Below, piece after piece: positions 36,404-49,153 of a DNA stretch of 64,000 nucleotides (positions within the stretch are counted from its first letter, which is position 1; the number at the start of each line of letters is the position of its first letter). The DNA is taken from the NCBI RefSeq assembly GCF_044704955.1, contig NC_091992.1:45136001-45200000 (forward strand), written 5' to 3'. The DNA is from Pristiophorus japonicus (taxonomy: Eukaryota). The translations under genes and the position numbers were made by a program. Below the pieces are notes generated by a model, which was given only the letters and a program-made list of their open reading frames with translations, searched no databases and was not told where the DNA came from.

Positions 36404-37042
36404 AACTAGGCATCCCCCGACCTACGAGAGAACACCATCGGCAGGTCGGGGCTATAAATAGAGCTGGAGCTAGCCTCTCTAGGGAGCAGCACGAGCCGTT
36501 CCAGGAGGGCGACGGATTCGAGGGGAGGGGAGGGGAGGGGAGGGGGGTCGACTGGAATTGCTGTTACCAAAATCCAGGTTGCCGATTGGAGTGTGGGCGG
36601 GACCATCGGCTGCGTCAGGACCCAGGTGCGGGCCCAGGAGAGGTGAGAGTTTGGGGCCCACGAGAGGTGAGGATTGGCGGGGTCGTGGCCCAGGAACCCA
36701 GCAGTGAGGCAGAGGCCCAGGAGCGGCGCAGCGTATAACAGTGGGGTCGGGGCCCAGGGAAAGTGCAGCACGGGACCAGCCCACACAGTGATCTATGGAC
36801 ATTAGGAGTTTGTGTGTGTACTTGGTCCGTGCAGCAGAGCTGGTCTCCAGTCGTCTTGGTTAACCCTTGTCACTGAACCAAGACCTTGCTCTGTCAAGCC
36901 CGTGTGTGGCTGTTGTGCAATGGCCACTCCACGTTAAAATAATTCACTCACTGGTATCTTCCATCCTTCAGGATGTAGTTCGGCACCTGTAAATTCATCC
37001 CTTTTTTTCGGGTGGAAGCGGGTCATCCTCAACACGAGGGAC
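36404..37042 (+). mobile_element. Non-autonomous retroelement with RTE-like 3' end and 11-bp target-site duplication
   Basis: Ends GTGGAAGCGGGTCATCCTCAACACGAGGGAC, matching the reverse complement of the RTE terminus at 32410-32450; flanked by TAGGATCAGCT (36393-36403) and TAGGATCAACT (37043-37053). Confidence 0.7.
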
Positions 37043-37077
37043 TAGGATCAACTTGAGATGATGCATTAACATCACAC

Positions 37078-37300
37078 AACGCTCTTCAAAAAGTGTCATG
37101 GGATCTTTTATATCCATGTGAACAGGCAGATGGGTGTCTCTCTTTTTAATGCCTCATCCAAAAGGCAGTACTTTTGACAATACAGTGCTCAGTACTGCAC
37201 TGAACCATCTGACTAGATTATGTGCCAGAGTACTGAAATAGGGCTTGGCCCTGTGATTTTCTAAACCAGAGGTGAAAGTACTACCACTGAGCCAAGTTGA
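37078..37300 (-). mobile_element. Degenerate Deu-domain SINE
   Basis: GCTCTTCAAAAAGTGTCATGGGATCTTTTATATCCA...CTCATCCAAAAGGCAG...ACCACTGAGCCA. Confidence 0.65.
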
Positions 37301-38421
37301 TGTGAAGTGCTCTCTTCAGATACAATGGAAGTTCGGAAGGCTAAGACCTTTTATTGTGCTGTTGGATATGTTTTTAAAGTTCAAGTGGAAACATTATGAA
37401 CATTTCACATGCTGATCACGTTTTATTAGAATATTTAGTAAAGGGGGAAAATTAGACAATGAGTGAAACTTTCATACTCTCATAAGCACACTGCTGCAAT
37501 CCTAGTAACAGCACAGCATAAAACCTTCTAGCAAGTTACTATTGGCACAAAAAAAACTCCAGAATGGATTGTAGGTTGCAGCAGCACCTCGCCATCAAAA
37601 GGTTTATAATTTAATTAACAGATCATGTGGATTAAATTGGTTCTATATGTTCAATTCCAGTGTGGTATAATCATAATCTTCAGTTTATGGATTTATTACA
37701 AGTGCATTTTAAAAGTTGTATAAAGGGTCCTCTGTGTTCATGGTACTGAACCAAGTCGGGTACAGAGATTTCTGTGTTTATTTTTTGTTCATACAGTACT
37801 AGCAGATCTCCTTTGGCATTGCACATGGTTAAGTTGGATAGTATGTTGTTTTATAACAACAGGAGCAGCAGAACACAATATTCACCTGTGGCACTGGAGC
37901 CATGGTTGAGTTCACCTGTCCTTTTTAAGGCAGCAAGGTGTAATTGCTGTAAACCAGGTGTGATGCAAGGTCAATGAGAATTTCATTGCTTGTTTTGAAG
38001 AAAGATGGCAGATTGCCAGTGCTTGTAAATTTCTGGCACCTGGTCAATCTGTAAACTTCTGTCAGCAACTGTGATTGACATCAGTATGAAATGGCTGAGA
38101 TTGCTTCTCTCTGTATATATGTATATATATTTTAATGTAGTTCAGTTGCGATCTGTTGATGATTTACACAAAGCGTGGCAGATTCTATAACAATTTGTAT
38201 CGGAAAATAGATAGATGTGTTCCTTAAAAATTATATTTTTGTGAGGCAAGCTTGTATTTATTGTGATGTAGGCTGCCTTGCTGCAACTGCTGTGCTGTTT
38301 ACAACTTGTCTACCTGTCTGCTTTGGAGACTGAAGCTTTATTCATCTGTGTAGATTGGTACTTTATTTATTTAAACTTTGAACCCCACCGTGTCTTACAA
38401 ATATGAGCTAAATGATTGTGA

Positions 38422-38541
<120 letters not shown>

Positions 38542-38637
38542 TAGTTCGTGATCATTCACTTTTTGATGTAAAACGTGAAGCGCGGAATACAAAGGTCATT
38601 GGTTTAGGCAATCTCGAACCTAGTGGGTTAGTGCCCA

Positions 38638-40880
38638 CTTAAGGAAAGGTAACTTCGACAGTATCTTAAGGAAAGGTAACTTCGATGGTATGAGGTGTGA
38701 ATTGGCTAGAACAGACTGGCAGAGGAGACTTAAAGGGTTGACAGTGGATAAGCAATGGCAACCATTAAAGATCACATGGATGAACTTCAGCAATTGTACA
38801 TCCCTGTCTGGAGTAAAAATAAAACTGGGAAGGTGGCTCAACCATGGCTAACAAGGGAAATTAAGTATAGTGTTAAAACCAAGGAAGAGGCATATAAATT
38901 GGCTAGAAAAAGCAACAAACCTGAGGACTGGGAGAAATTTAGAATTCAACAGAGGAGGACTAAGGGTTTAATTAAGAAGGGGAAAATAGAGTACGAGAGG
39001 GAAGCTTGCAGGGAACATAAAAACTGACTGCAAAAGCTTCTATAAATATGTGAAGAGAAAAAGATTAGTAAAGACAAACGTAGGTCCCTTGCAGTTGGAT
39101 TCAGGTGAATTTATAATGGGGAACAAAGAAATGGCAGACCAATTGAACCAATACTTCAGTTCTGTCTTCACAAAGGAAGATACAAATAATCTTCTGAATG
39201 TACTTGGGGACAGTGGATCTAGTGAAAATGAGGAACTGAAAGATATCCTTTTATTGGGTGGGAAATTGTGTTGGGGAAATTGATGGGATTAAAGGCTGAT
39301 AAATCCCTGGGTCCTGATAGTCTGCATCCCAGAGTACTTAAGGAAGTGGCCCTAGAAATAGTGGATGCATTGGTGATCATTTTCCAACAATCTATCGACT
39401 CTGGATCAGTTCCTATGGACTGGAGGGTAGCTAATGTAACGTCACTTTTTTAAAAAAAGGAGGGAGAGAGAAAGCGGGTAATTATAGACTGGTTAGCCTG
39501 ACATCTGTAGTAGGGAAAATGTTGGAATCAATCATTAAGGATGAAATAGCAGCCCATTTGGAAAGCAGTGACAGGATCGGACTGAGTCAGCATGGATTTA
39601 TGAAAGGGAAATCATGCTTGATGAATCTTCTGGAGTTTTTTGAGGATGTAACTAGTAGAGTGGACAAGGAGAACCAGTGGATGTGGTGTATTTGGACTTT
39701 CAAAAGGCTTTTGACAAGGTCCCGCACAAGAGATTGGTGTACAAAATCAAAGTGTATGGTATTGGGGGTAATGTACTGATGTGGATAGAGAACTGGTTGG
39801 CAGACAGGAAGCAGAGAGTCGGGATAAACGGGTCCATTTCAGAATGGCAGGCAGTTACTAGTGGGGTGCCGCAGGGCTCAGTGCTGGGACCCCAGCTCTT
39901 TACAATATACATTAACGGTTTGGATGAAGGAATAGAGTGTAATATCTCCAAGTTTGCAGATGACACTAAACTGGGTGGCGGTGTGAGCTGTGAGGAGGAC
40001 GCTAAGAGGCTGCAGGGTGACTTGGACAGATTAGGTGAGTGAGCAAATACATGGTAGATGCAGTATAATGTGGATAAATGTGAGGTTATCCATTTTGGAG
40101 GCAAAAACACGAAGGCAGAATATTATCTGAATGGCGGCAGACTAGAAAAAGGGGAGGTGCAACGAGACCTGGGTGTCATGGTTCATCAGTCACTGAAAGT
40201 GGGCACGCAGGTACAGCAGGCGGTAAAGAAGGCAAATGGTATGTTGGCCTTCATAGCTAGGGGATTTGAATGTAGGAGCAGGGAGGTCCTACTGCAGTTG
40301 TACAGGGCCTTGGTGAGGCCTCACCTGGAATATTGTGTTCAGTTTTGGTCTCCTAGTCTGAGGAAGGACGTTCTTGCTATTGAGGGAGTGCAGCGAAGGT
40401 TCACCAGACTGATTCCAGGGATGGCTGGGCTGTCATATGAGGAGAGACTGGATCAACTGAGCCTTTATTCACTGGTGTTTAGAAGGATGAGAGGATCTCA
40501 TAGAAACGTATAAGATTCTGACGGGACTGGACAGGTTAGATGCGGGAAGAATGTTCTCTATGTTGGGGAAGTCCAGAACCAGGGGACATAGACTTAGTAT
40601 AAGGGGTAGGCCATTTAGGACTGAGATGAGGAGAAACTTCTTCACTCAGAGAGTTGTTAACCTGTGGAATTCCCTGCCGCAGAGAGTTGTTGATGCCAGT
40701 TCATTGGATATATTCAAGAGGGAGTTAGATATGGCCCTTATGGTTAAGGGGATCAAGGGGTATGGAGGGAAAGCAGGAAAGGGGTACTGAAGGAATGATT
40801 CGCCATGATCTTATTGAATGGCGGTGCAGGCTCGAAGGGCCGAATGGCCTACTCCTGCACCTATTTTCTATGTTTCTATG
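38638..40880 (+). mobile_element. CR1 family A, 5'-truncated, sense orientation in BCL7B intron 2
   Basis: Frameshifted ORF2 pieces 38755-40790 with all RT motifs; 3' stem-loop and (TTTCTATG)2 tail. Confidence 0.95.
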
Positions 40881-41334
40881 TACCATAACACAAAACTGCC
40901 CCTAATTTAACACTAAATGCCATGGGGCACACCCTTGGTGAGATCCACAGGATAGTTGGTGTAGGAGATGCAAAAATACCAGAATAGTTGGGGCAGAGGT
41001 ACATTGTAGGGATCGTGGAAGGGAGCTTTTGTTAATTGTGCTGTACCTGACCTGGCAGTGGCTCATGCTGACACTGGGTGCTCAAAACATGAAAGTTTTC
41101 CAATTTCTCAGCAGAAAATTCACAAAGTAACACTTAAGTTGCACTAAATGAGAATGGTCACCGCCACAGGCAGAGTGGGGAAGAGAGATACCTTATCTTT
41201 GGGATATAATTAAGATTGTCATTTTTCTTTTTGACTGTTTCCCTTAGTTTCATTTGAGTATTCTCTGATGCTGGAAGACTTTCTGAGAGAAACTGGTTAC
41301 TGAACCCAACAATATGATTTTTATTTCCATTGTG

Positions 41335-42620
41335 TGATGCTTTGGCCCATTCCCATTAAATTCCTAACCACCCATTTTTCATCCTGGCCTCTATGCTGGC
41401 TGACATTCTCCTTCCCAGACACTGTCCTCCTCCCTTTCAAATCTTCCATCATGCCCCTCCTCAAAAAAAGCAACCTCAACTTCTCTGCCCTTGCTCACTA
41501 TTGCCCCAGCTTCACAGTTTCTGGATGTGTATTGTCATCTCCCAGATCCGTCGTCCTCTCTCCCACAACTCCGTTTGAATTCCTGCAATCGGGTTTCTGC
41601 CCCTCCTATAGTCCCAAAATGACTCGAGTCACAAACAACATTATCTGTGACTGGTGCATTATCCATACTCATCCTTTCTGCAGCCTCTGATGTGGTCAAC
41701 CACTCTCCTCCTTCAATGCCTCTACTCTGTTTTCCAGCTGATGGTACTGCCATCACTTTGCTCTACTTTGTCCCATCATTTCCAGAACATCTCTACCAAT
41801 GGCATCTTGTCCCCCTCTCTTTTTCATCTACGTGCTGCCCCTCCGTGCCATCATTCAGACATTGGGTCAGCTTCCACATAAATGCTGATGACACCCAGCT
41901 CTATCTCTGTACCACATCTCTCAACCCTTCCAATGCTTGATCGACATCCAGTCTTGGGTGAGTTGCAATTTCCTCCGTTGTCTTTGACACCCACCACAAA
42001 CTCTTTACTGTCGCCATCGACTCCATCTCACTCCCTGGCCATTGTCTCTCTGAATCAGACTGTTGACCACCTTGGTGTCCTATTTAACCCCAAGCTCAGC
42101 TTCCAATTTAATACTCACTCCATCACAAAGACTGCCTACTTCCACCTCCGTAACATTACCCGCCTTTGCCCCTACCTTCTGCCATTGAAACCCTCATTCT
42201 CACCTTTGCCACATCCAGACTCGGCTATTCCAATGTTCTCCTGGCTGGCCTACCAGCTCCACTGTCCATAAACGTCTGCTCATCCAAACCTCTGCTGCCC
42301 CGTATACTATTCTGCACCAAGTCCTGCTTTCCCATCACCCATTCTTGCTGATTTGTGTTGGCTGTTAGTAGCTCAAATTAAAAACTTTCACCTTTGTGTT
42401 TAAATTCCTTCATGGCCTCGTCCCTCTGCATCTCGAACCTTCTCCACTCCCAAATTTCCCCCTTCTTGACTCCAGCCTTGTGCATCTCTTGCTCTCTTTT
42501 CCCCCACCCCCTTCCTTTGGTCCATTATTGATGCTTGTCCCTTCAGCCTTTTTCCTTTATACATTTAGGAAGTGCCTTGGAACTATTTCTATGTTAAAGG
42601 AACTATACAAATATGCGTTA
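41335..42620 (+). mobile_element. Degenerate L2 LINE
   Basis: [66 protein letters not shown]. Confidence 0.85.
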
Positions 42621-42779
42621 ACTCCAATTTCTCCTCATGTTGTGCTCAGTAACTCCTCAATCAGTCTTGCCCTTAGTGATCACAGTCACTAAAGAAATAA
42701 TTACTATAATTGACAAACATTTATCACTATCCTTGACTCTCTCTCTTATTTCCCCTCTTTTTCCAAAGGACATCCGAGC

Positions 42780-43135
42780 TCCCCGAATGGCTCAGTTGGT
42801 AAGTGCACTGACCAGTGTGGAACCAGGAAGGTCCCAGGTTCAATTCCCAGTCTGTGCTGAATTAGCTGATCTCAGCCCAGCTTCTTTCAGGGATTCTACA
42901 ATTGACCTTCATGCCCCTGTGTTAGCGAGGGGGTTAAAAACCATCCCGGTTATCACTGATCATTATTCAGTGACTCCTACTGATGTGGGTATTGGAGAGG
43001 GCAGGACCTGGTTTGGCTGTTTGTTCCACTTGGTTGAATTGCCCCCTTCCTCTGTCTAAGCTCACATGTGAAGAATGAAGTGGCAACATACTTCAATATG
43101 AGTTAATGCCTTCGCAGCACCTACAGGAGAGACTG
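42780..43135 (+). mobile_element. tRNA-headed SINE of a second family (degenerate relatives at ~45950-46145, 46320-46640, 48255-48415, 49645-49975, 54420-54690, 55045-55110)
   Basis: A box TGGCTCAGTTGGTA, B box GGTTCAATTCCC, shared body motifs TCTGTGCTGAxTTAGCTGATCTC and TGTCTAGGCTCACACATGAAGA. Confidence 0.65.
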
Positions 43136-43962
43136 GGAGAAACTTAGACGGGATGGGAAAGACAAAAAGACAGATGGAAGACTCCTTGCATGAGAACACA
43201 AATATCAGATCGGACATGTCAACAGTGACACTATCTCTATGTATTTGTGTGTTCCAGTATTATCACTAGACTTAAGTGGAGCAGTACGTTATGGGAAAAG
43301 TCAGAAGGATTCTCTTACTGCATCGCCTCAACCAGATGCGACTGTAGTCTCTGCAGGGGCATATTTTACGATTGTATTGTTGGATGCTTTCACAATTCAA
43401 AAGAACTTAGTACAACCGTTGATGACTTTTGAGACAAATCCAAGCTCCTTTTCTCTCCATGAGGGAGGAAATAGCTGTGAATTCAACACAAACCTGTCTT
43501 AGCTTCAAGGTTGTTTAAATTTGAAAATCTAGGCAAGGTCCAAGGCCCATTGTGTAGGACACCAGCAAAGTTGGAAAGAGATTGTAGGAGGTAGTGAAGA
43601 CTGAGGGAGTTCCACAGTTTTGATGTCCTGGAAATCATTAATTACAGTTCGAGACAAAGCTGTGAGTCTTAATTTCAACACTGGGAGGGTGCAGAATATG
43701 TAGGCCAGCATATTTGTAGCTTAGGAGAAGCAAGAAGGACAGCTCAATAATCACACTGATAAAATAGAGAGCATGAGGTTGGAGGCTAGGAATGAATCAA
43801 AGCTGATGTTAATTAGACTATTATCCCCTTCTCGCTCCCAGTGCTTAGAAAGGAGTTTTGTTTGGAAATATTGCATGGTAATGCTTTGGCATGGAATCTT
43901 AATTCCCAAGCAACTTGTGATGAAAAGTGATATGGGAAAATGTAGTGTTCGTGGACTCGTCC

Positions 43963-44290
43963 TTCCCATCTCTGTAACCTCCTACAACCCTCCGAGAACT
44001 CTGTGTTCCTCCAACTCTGGCCTCTTGTGCACGCTCCACTCATTTCGCCCCACCATTGCTGGTCATCCCAAAGCTTTGGAATTCCTTCTCGAAACCTCTG
44101 ACTCTCCACGTCACCTTCCTCTTTTAAGTTTTAAAGGAGTGTCTTAACACTAACCAAGCTTTTAGTCACCTGTCCTAATATCATCTCATTCGACTTGGCA
44201 GCAATTTTTGTCATCTTATACTCCTGAGAAGCACCTTGGGATGTTTTCCTACATTAAAAATGCTACATAAAGGTAAGTTGCTGTTGTTGA
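43963..44290 (+). mobile_element. L2 3' fragment
   Basis: ATCTCTGTAACCTCCTACAACCCTCCGAGAACTCTG...AAGCACCTTGGGATGTTT...tail. Confidence 0.7.
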
Positions 44291-44772
44291 ATTGGGGGGG
44301 GTGCTGTAATTGCATTTTTTTATTGAGAAGGAATTCAAGAACCTCCTCACCGTTTCCTTGTGTTGGACAAGTCCAGAAATAAAATGTTTAATGCATTTTG
44401 CCCTGCCTCTTTCCATTTAATTTGAAAAGGAAAATCTGTTGTAACCATGGTGTTGCCATTACCTCAAAATCCTCGACTATGGAGTCAACAGATCCATCCT
44501 GGTGATGCTTGGTCTACTGATATGCCAGAGGGGGTCAGGAGAGAGGAAGGAAGTATCTTACTCGAGAATGACTTTTATCAGCCTGAAAAGCAGCTTCTGT
44601 TGTTTGAATGTAGTTAAATCATCTGAAATTACTTCTAACAAACCCTTCTAGTGAGGGGTTCGATTTATGTTTGAGTGGAAGGAAGGATAAGAGGAATGAG
44701 TAGAGAAATGCTTTGTTTTACAGTGCAGTCCTTGTTTGTTTTTCTTTGTTGCATCCTCTCTCTTCCACTTAG

Positions 44773-44884
44773 GATAAATCAAAATCGAAGAACAGTCTTG
44801 AATCAAAAGGTACAAAGGGAGACAAAGGCTTCCTGCTGCCTGTATCTGACAACAGCTCCTCTCCCATTCTCCTGGAGCTGAATG
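44773..44884 (+). CDS. BCL7B: BCL7B coding exon 3
   Basis: Polypyrimidine tract-TTAG| DKSKSKNSLESKGTKGDKGFLLPVSDNSSSPILLELN G|GTGAGT; 112 nt, phase 0 to 1 as required between exons 2 and 4; resembles human KEKSKS...GFP...SSLLLEFQ. Confidence 0.88.
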
Positions 44885-46786
44885 GTGAGTGTGTATTTAA
44901 ACTCTGTTACATGGTGCTCTGTCGATGACCCAGTGCACTTGCGGTTAGTTCTATTTGATTTATCTTTTCTTGGAGTACGAATAACATTGGCGAGGTTGCA
45001 TTTATTTATCCCTAGTCACCATGCGAAGGTAGTATGGGACCAGTCACATGTAGGCCAGACCTGGTATAGATGGTAGGTTTCCTTCCCTGAAAGTTACTAT
45101 TAAACCAGTTTTTCATTTCAGTTTTTTTTTCTGCTATCATCCCACAAATTACCAGAATTTATTGAATTAAATTTCCCAACTTGCCGGAGTGGGATTTGAG
45201 TTGCTAGTCCAGTCAGTACCATAGCCACTACACTACTGTACCCCTAGTGCTAATTAGTAAAGAACTGTAAAACAAAATCTTACAATTTGATATTTTCCTG
45301 TGCTGTGCTACATTGCAGTAGAGCATTCCTGTAATGTTCTTATTCTCATACACACAATAACTCTGTTGACATCAGGCTTGTCCAGCATAACACCAAAAAC
45401 TATAGGAACAATTGCATTTCTCTGAAATGCTTCTTGTAACGCCCTTAATTATCCGCCTCAAATTGCTCCCACCATTATCACGACCAGTGATAGACCTGTA
45501 ACCACCAGTATGTCATCTTAGTGTTAAACAGCTCAAAATACTTTCTCCAAATTTGAAAGGACAGAGTGACTAATTGTATTAGTTGTTTCTCAGAATTCAA
45601 GCAGAGCTAGATTGAAAATGTCATACTCGTCCTGAAACGTCACTGAAATCCAAGTGTCAACACTGATGTGAATTCCTGAACTTTAGCTCACCATCTGAGG
45701 AAGGAGAGGCAATGCCATTGCAAAGAAAGATTGCAGCACATGCCACTCTGGGATTGTGTAGCACACATGTCGGTGGGTGATTGTAAAGCAGTACAGGTAG
45801 AAGAGCTGGGGAATAATGTACGATTGAAGAAATAATCGGATATATGGAATGGCTGACCTCCGATACAACTGGTACTGTGATCTTTGTCACATTCAACATT
45901 AATTAAATAGCAATTAATTTCCTACAATTTAAAAGAAATGCAACACACTGGTGGCTCTGAGTAAATGCACTGAATGTCACTGACCGTGTATAGAACCCAA
46001 AGGTGGCCGGGTTACTTCTTGCGCTGTGCCTAATTAGATTGCATCAGTGGTGTCTGGGCAGACTGCTGCATTTGGTCATAAAGTCCTTGGGCTGAGGAGG
46101 AAGAAAAATTGTGTAGAAATTTAGTTACTGATTGCTGACCAGTGACACTCTCCTCAACCTCTCTCCCCTTCACTGAAAAAGTACAGGTGAGGGTATCAAG
46201 CGAGGGCAGAGTTTGGGTTGGTTGCCATAGTCCCCACTGTTATCTGGGCTGGCACACTGACTATACCTGTGGAACCATCTCCAAACTTGAGTCTCTTCCC
46301 TTAACAGACAGAGGAGTAGGCTCCATTTGGTAAGAGCAGCAATCAACTGAGCAACACAAAGCAGCAAGTGGCAAGTTCGATTCCCAGTCTGTATTGAGTG
46401 ACCTGATCGGAGTGTGAGTGGCAATTAGGCTCTATATTTGGCATTAACAACCCTGAACTAGGGATGAAGAAACTGTAGGGGAGGATGAGGACAGGGTTGG
46501 GCTTGCCTCTGATGCCCCATGTAGTAGAACAGCCTGACAGCATTTACTGTCTAGATTCGCACATGGAGAATAGTCACTAGGAACGATAGGGCACCTTGGA
46601 CCTGTATTCTAACAGGAATCAGTGCCTCCAGTGGAGTAGGGACAGAGACTAGGGGGGGGAAGAGGTTTTAAAAAGCTTGTTGATGACACTAATGGAGAGA
46701 CATTAGACCTAAACTGTCGGATTATTTTTCTCCTTCATAATAATTTCAGATTGATTTAAGTTTGCCTTTTCTTCTTAACCTTTCAG

Positions 46787-46957
46787 ATGAGACTAGTAAC
46801 CAGAGCTCCCTGTCAGATGCCTACCAGGTAAAAGTGGACAGCAGTACAAACTCGAGCCCCAGCCCAGAGCAAAGTGAACCTGTCAGCCCAACACTTCTGT
46901 CTGATTTTAAAGCAGATGACTCTCAGCCTCCCATGCTTGGGCAGGAAAGCATGGAAG
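46787..46957 (+). CDS. BCL7B: BCL7B coding exon 4
   Basis: TTTCAG| (D)ETSNQSSLSDAYQVKVDSSTNSSPSPEQSEPVSPTLLSDFKADDSQPPMLGQESME G|GTATGG; 171 nt. Confidence 0.96.
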
Positions 46958-47044
46958 GTATGGAAAGCAATCGGAATAATCTTTACTGTTACTGTGTAAT
47001 CTGTGAATTTTCAGAACTATTATTGAGCATTTAATAGGATGACC

Positions 47045-47368
47045 CTTCAGGGAGTGCTGAATTGTCAGAGGTGCCATTATTTGGTTAAAATGTTAAAATG
47101 TGGTCCTGCCTGGTGCTTCAGGTAGTTGTGAACATTTCTGTGTCACTCTTCAAAGAAAAGTAGGGAGTTCTCGTGGTGACCTGACAAACATTGTTCCCTC
47201 AACCAACATCACCAAGAATAGAGTAACTAGTTATTCATCGTATTGGTGTTTGTGGGATCTTGCTGTGTGAAAAATGGCTGCCACATTTGCCTGCATTAGA
47301 ACAATAACTGATTGATTAGGTGTGATGTGCTTTGAGATGTGAGAAGACACTGTACAACTGCAAGCTCA
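47045..47368 (+). mobile_element. Degenerate Deu-domain SINE
   Basis: GTCAGAGGTGCC...CCCTCAACCAACATCACC...TTTGTGGGATCTTGCTGTGTG...AAATGGCTGCC. Confidence 0.65.
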
Positions 47369-49073
47369 TGATCACATCATGCAATGGCAGTGCGGCTGGG
47401 TTGATCTGCCCAGTAGGACATGAAATTTGTAAGATTAGAGCTCACTGCAGATTCTGTCTCTGTCACCTATCCCCATTGTGACCATTTATCTCACCCATGC
47501 AGCTCAAATAAGTTTTGTTTTTATTTTTCAATCTGCCCACAACAGTGATGGCCTTGGAAGATAAAACAGCTCCATGATAGTCACCAAGATTGGGTAAATT
47601 GTGATAGTGACTGCATGAATGGCGAACATTGCACATCACTGCCGGTATTGCATGTGAAAGTACGAAGCAGAATGAGATCTGTGTAGCGCAATTGGTGTGC
47701 ATCTTCCGGATCACACTGATTGATCTGCCAATTACAGGCCAGTCAGTTTAACGTCAGTGGTGGGAAAGCTTTTAGAAACCGGAAGAGAATTAACAGCCAC
47801 TTGGACAAGCATGAATTCATAAAGGTGAGGCAGCACAGATTTGTTAAGGGCAAATAGTGTTTGACTAACTTGATTGAGTTTTTTGATAAGGTAACACAGA
47901 GGGTAGATGAGGACAGTGAGTTCCCATTATTGTTCATCCTTCCACAGAAATCTACAATTTCCTCTCCACTGCCCCACATGAATCCAGAACTTGCCTTTTG
48001 CCAGTTTGTACTTATCTCCTCTTAGCCTGCAATTGTAGTTTAATTTGAAACAGTATTCAGAATTAACTGTTCCTATTCCACTTAGAATCTTGTATACCTT
48101 TGATAAAGTCTCCTCTCATTTGGCTAACTATCAGTGCCAAAGAGTCCAAGTTTTTCTAACCTTTGCTCATAACTAAGTCCTCTGACAATGTCTCTTGGTC
48201 CTTCTCTACATTATATGGTGGTGACACCGAGCAGAAGCTTGGCATTTCAACTTTCGGTCTATGCTGAGTTAGCTGATCTCTACAATTCGTGCCATTCATG
48301 ATGAATAGCTTGCCGACGCTTACCAATGAAGAATGTCTAGAGCCATGTATGAAGAGTAGTGATTTTGGGAGAGGTACTGGAGGGTATTTGGTTTCCATGG
48401 AACTGTACCCTGAGAAGAGTCGACACTTTCATAGAGGAGGGGAGAACAAAACAAGTGTCGCACAATTTGTACCTACACCGTAAAAGGAGGGCTTACTTTG
48501 ACACTGGAACTCATGCAGTTAGCATTAACTTGCTTTTCCTGCCTTCAGAAAACACGGACACTCACTGAGGCACAATTCTACCAGTGTTGCAGGTCTCCGA
48601 GGGTAGCTTGGTTCAATGGCCATTCTGAGCACTAATTCCAATTGTACTGCTCCAACGGAGATCAGCTAACCCAACCTAGACCGAGAGTGTCTGAAGGCTA
48701 TTCCATCGTGCAGATGTCACTGGATAGTAATTTGGAGTGGGAGCCCTGGCCCATTCAGGAGCACTGAAGCCAGTAGTTCTATCTAGTGCCTCAGCTGAAG
48801 TCAGCAAGCTCTGTACATACAAGGACATTGTAGTTCTCCTCCTCCTCGGGCAGTTTCCATTTAATTTATTAAAATATTTTCAGCTTCCTGATGGTCTTTG
48901 AATTATCTGTGTATAAAGCTGCTTTGAAGAGAGTGCAGACTGGTGTTTCAATTTCCAAGTGATTTCGGTCACTGTTCTCTCTCCTCCTACTAGTACCACT
49001 ATTTCTCTGTCTGTTATGCAGCAAGTGGATAGTATGGTTATAGCAGTTGTAATTTCTCAATTCTCTCTCACAG

Positions 49074-49153
49074 AACCTTCCCTTCCTTCCTCAGAAGTAG
49101 GAGATGACCCCCCAATGCTCACAAAGGAGGAGCTGGTTCCCTTGCAGCCTCAG
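49074..49153 (+). CDS. BCL7B: BCL7B coding exon 5
   Basis: CACAG| (E)PSLPSSEVGDDPPMLTKEELVPLQPQ |GTAAGC; 80 nt. Confidence 0.96.
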
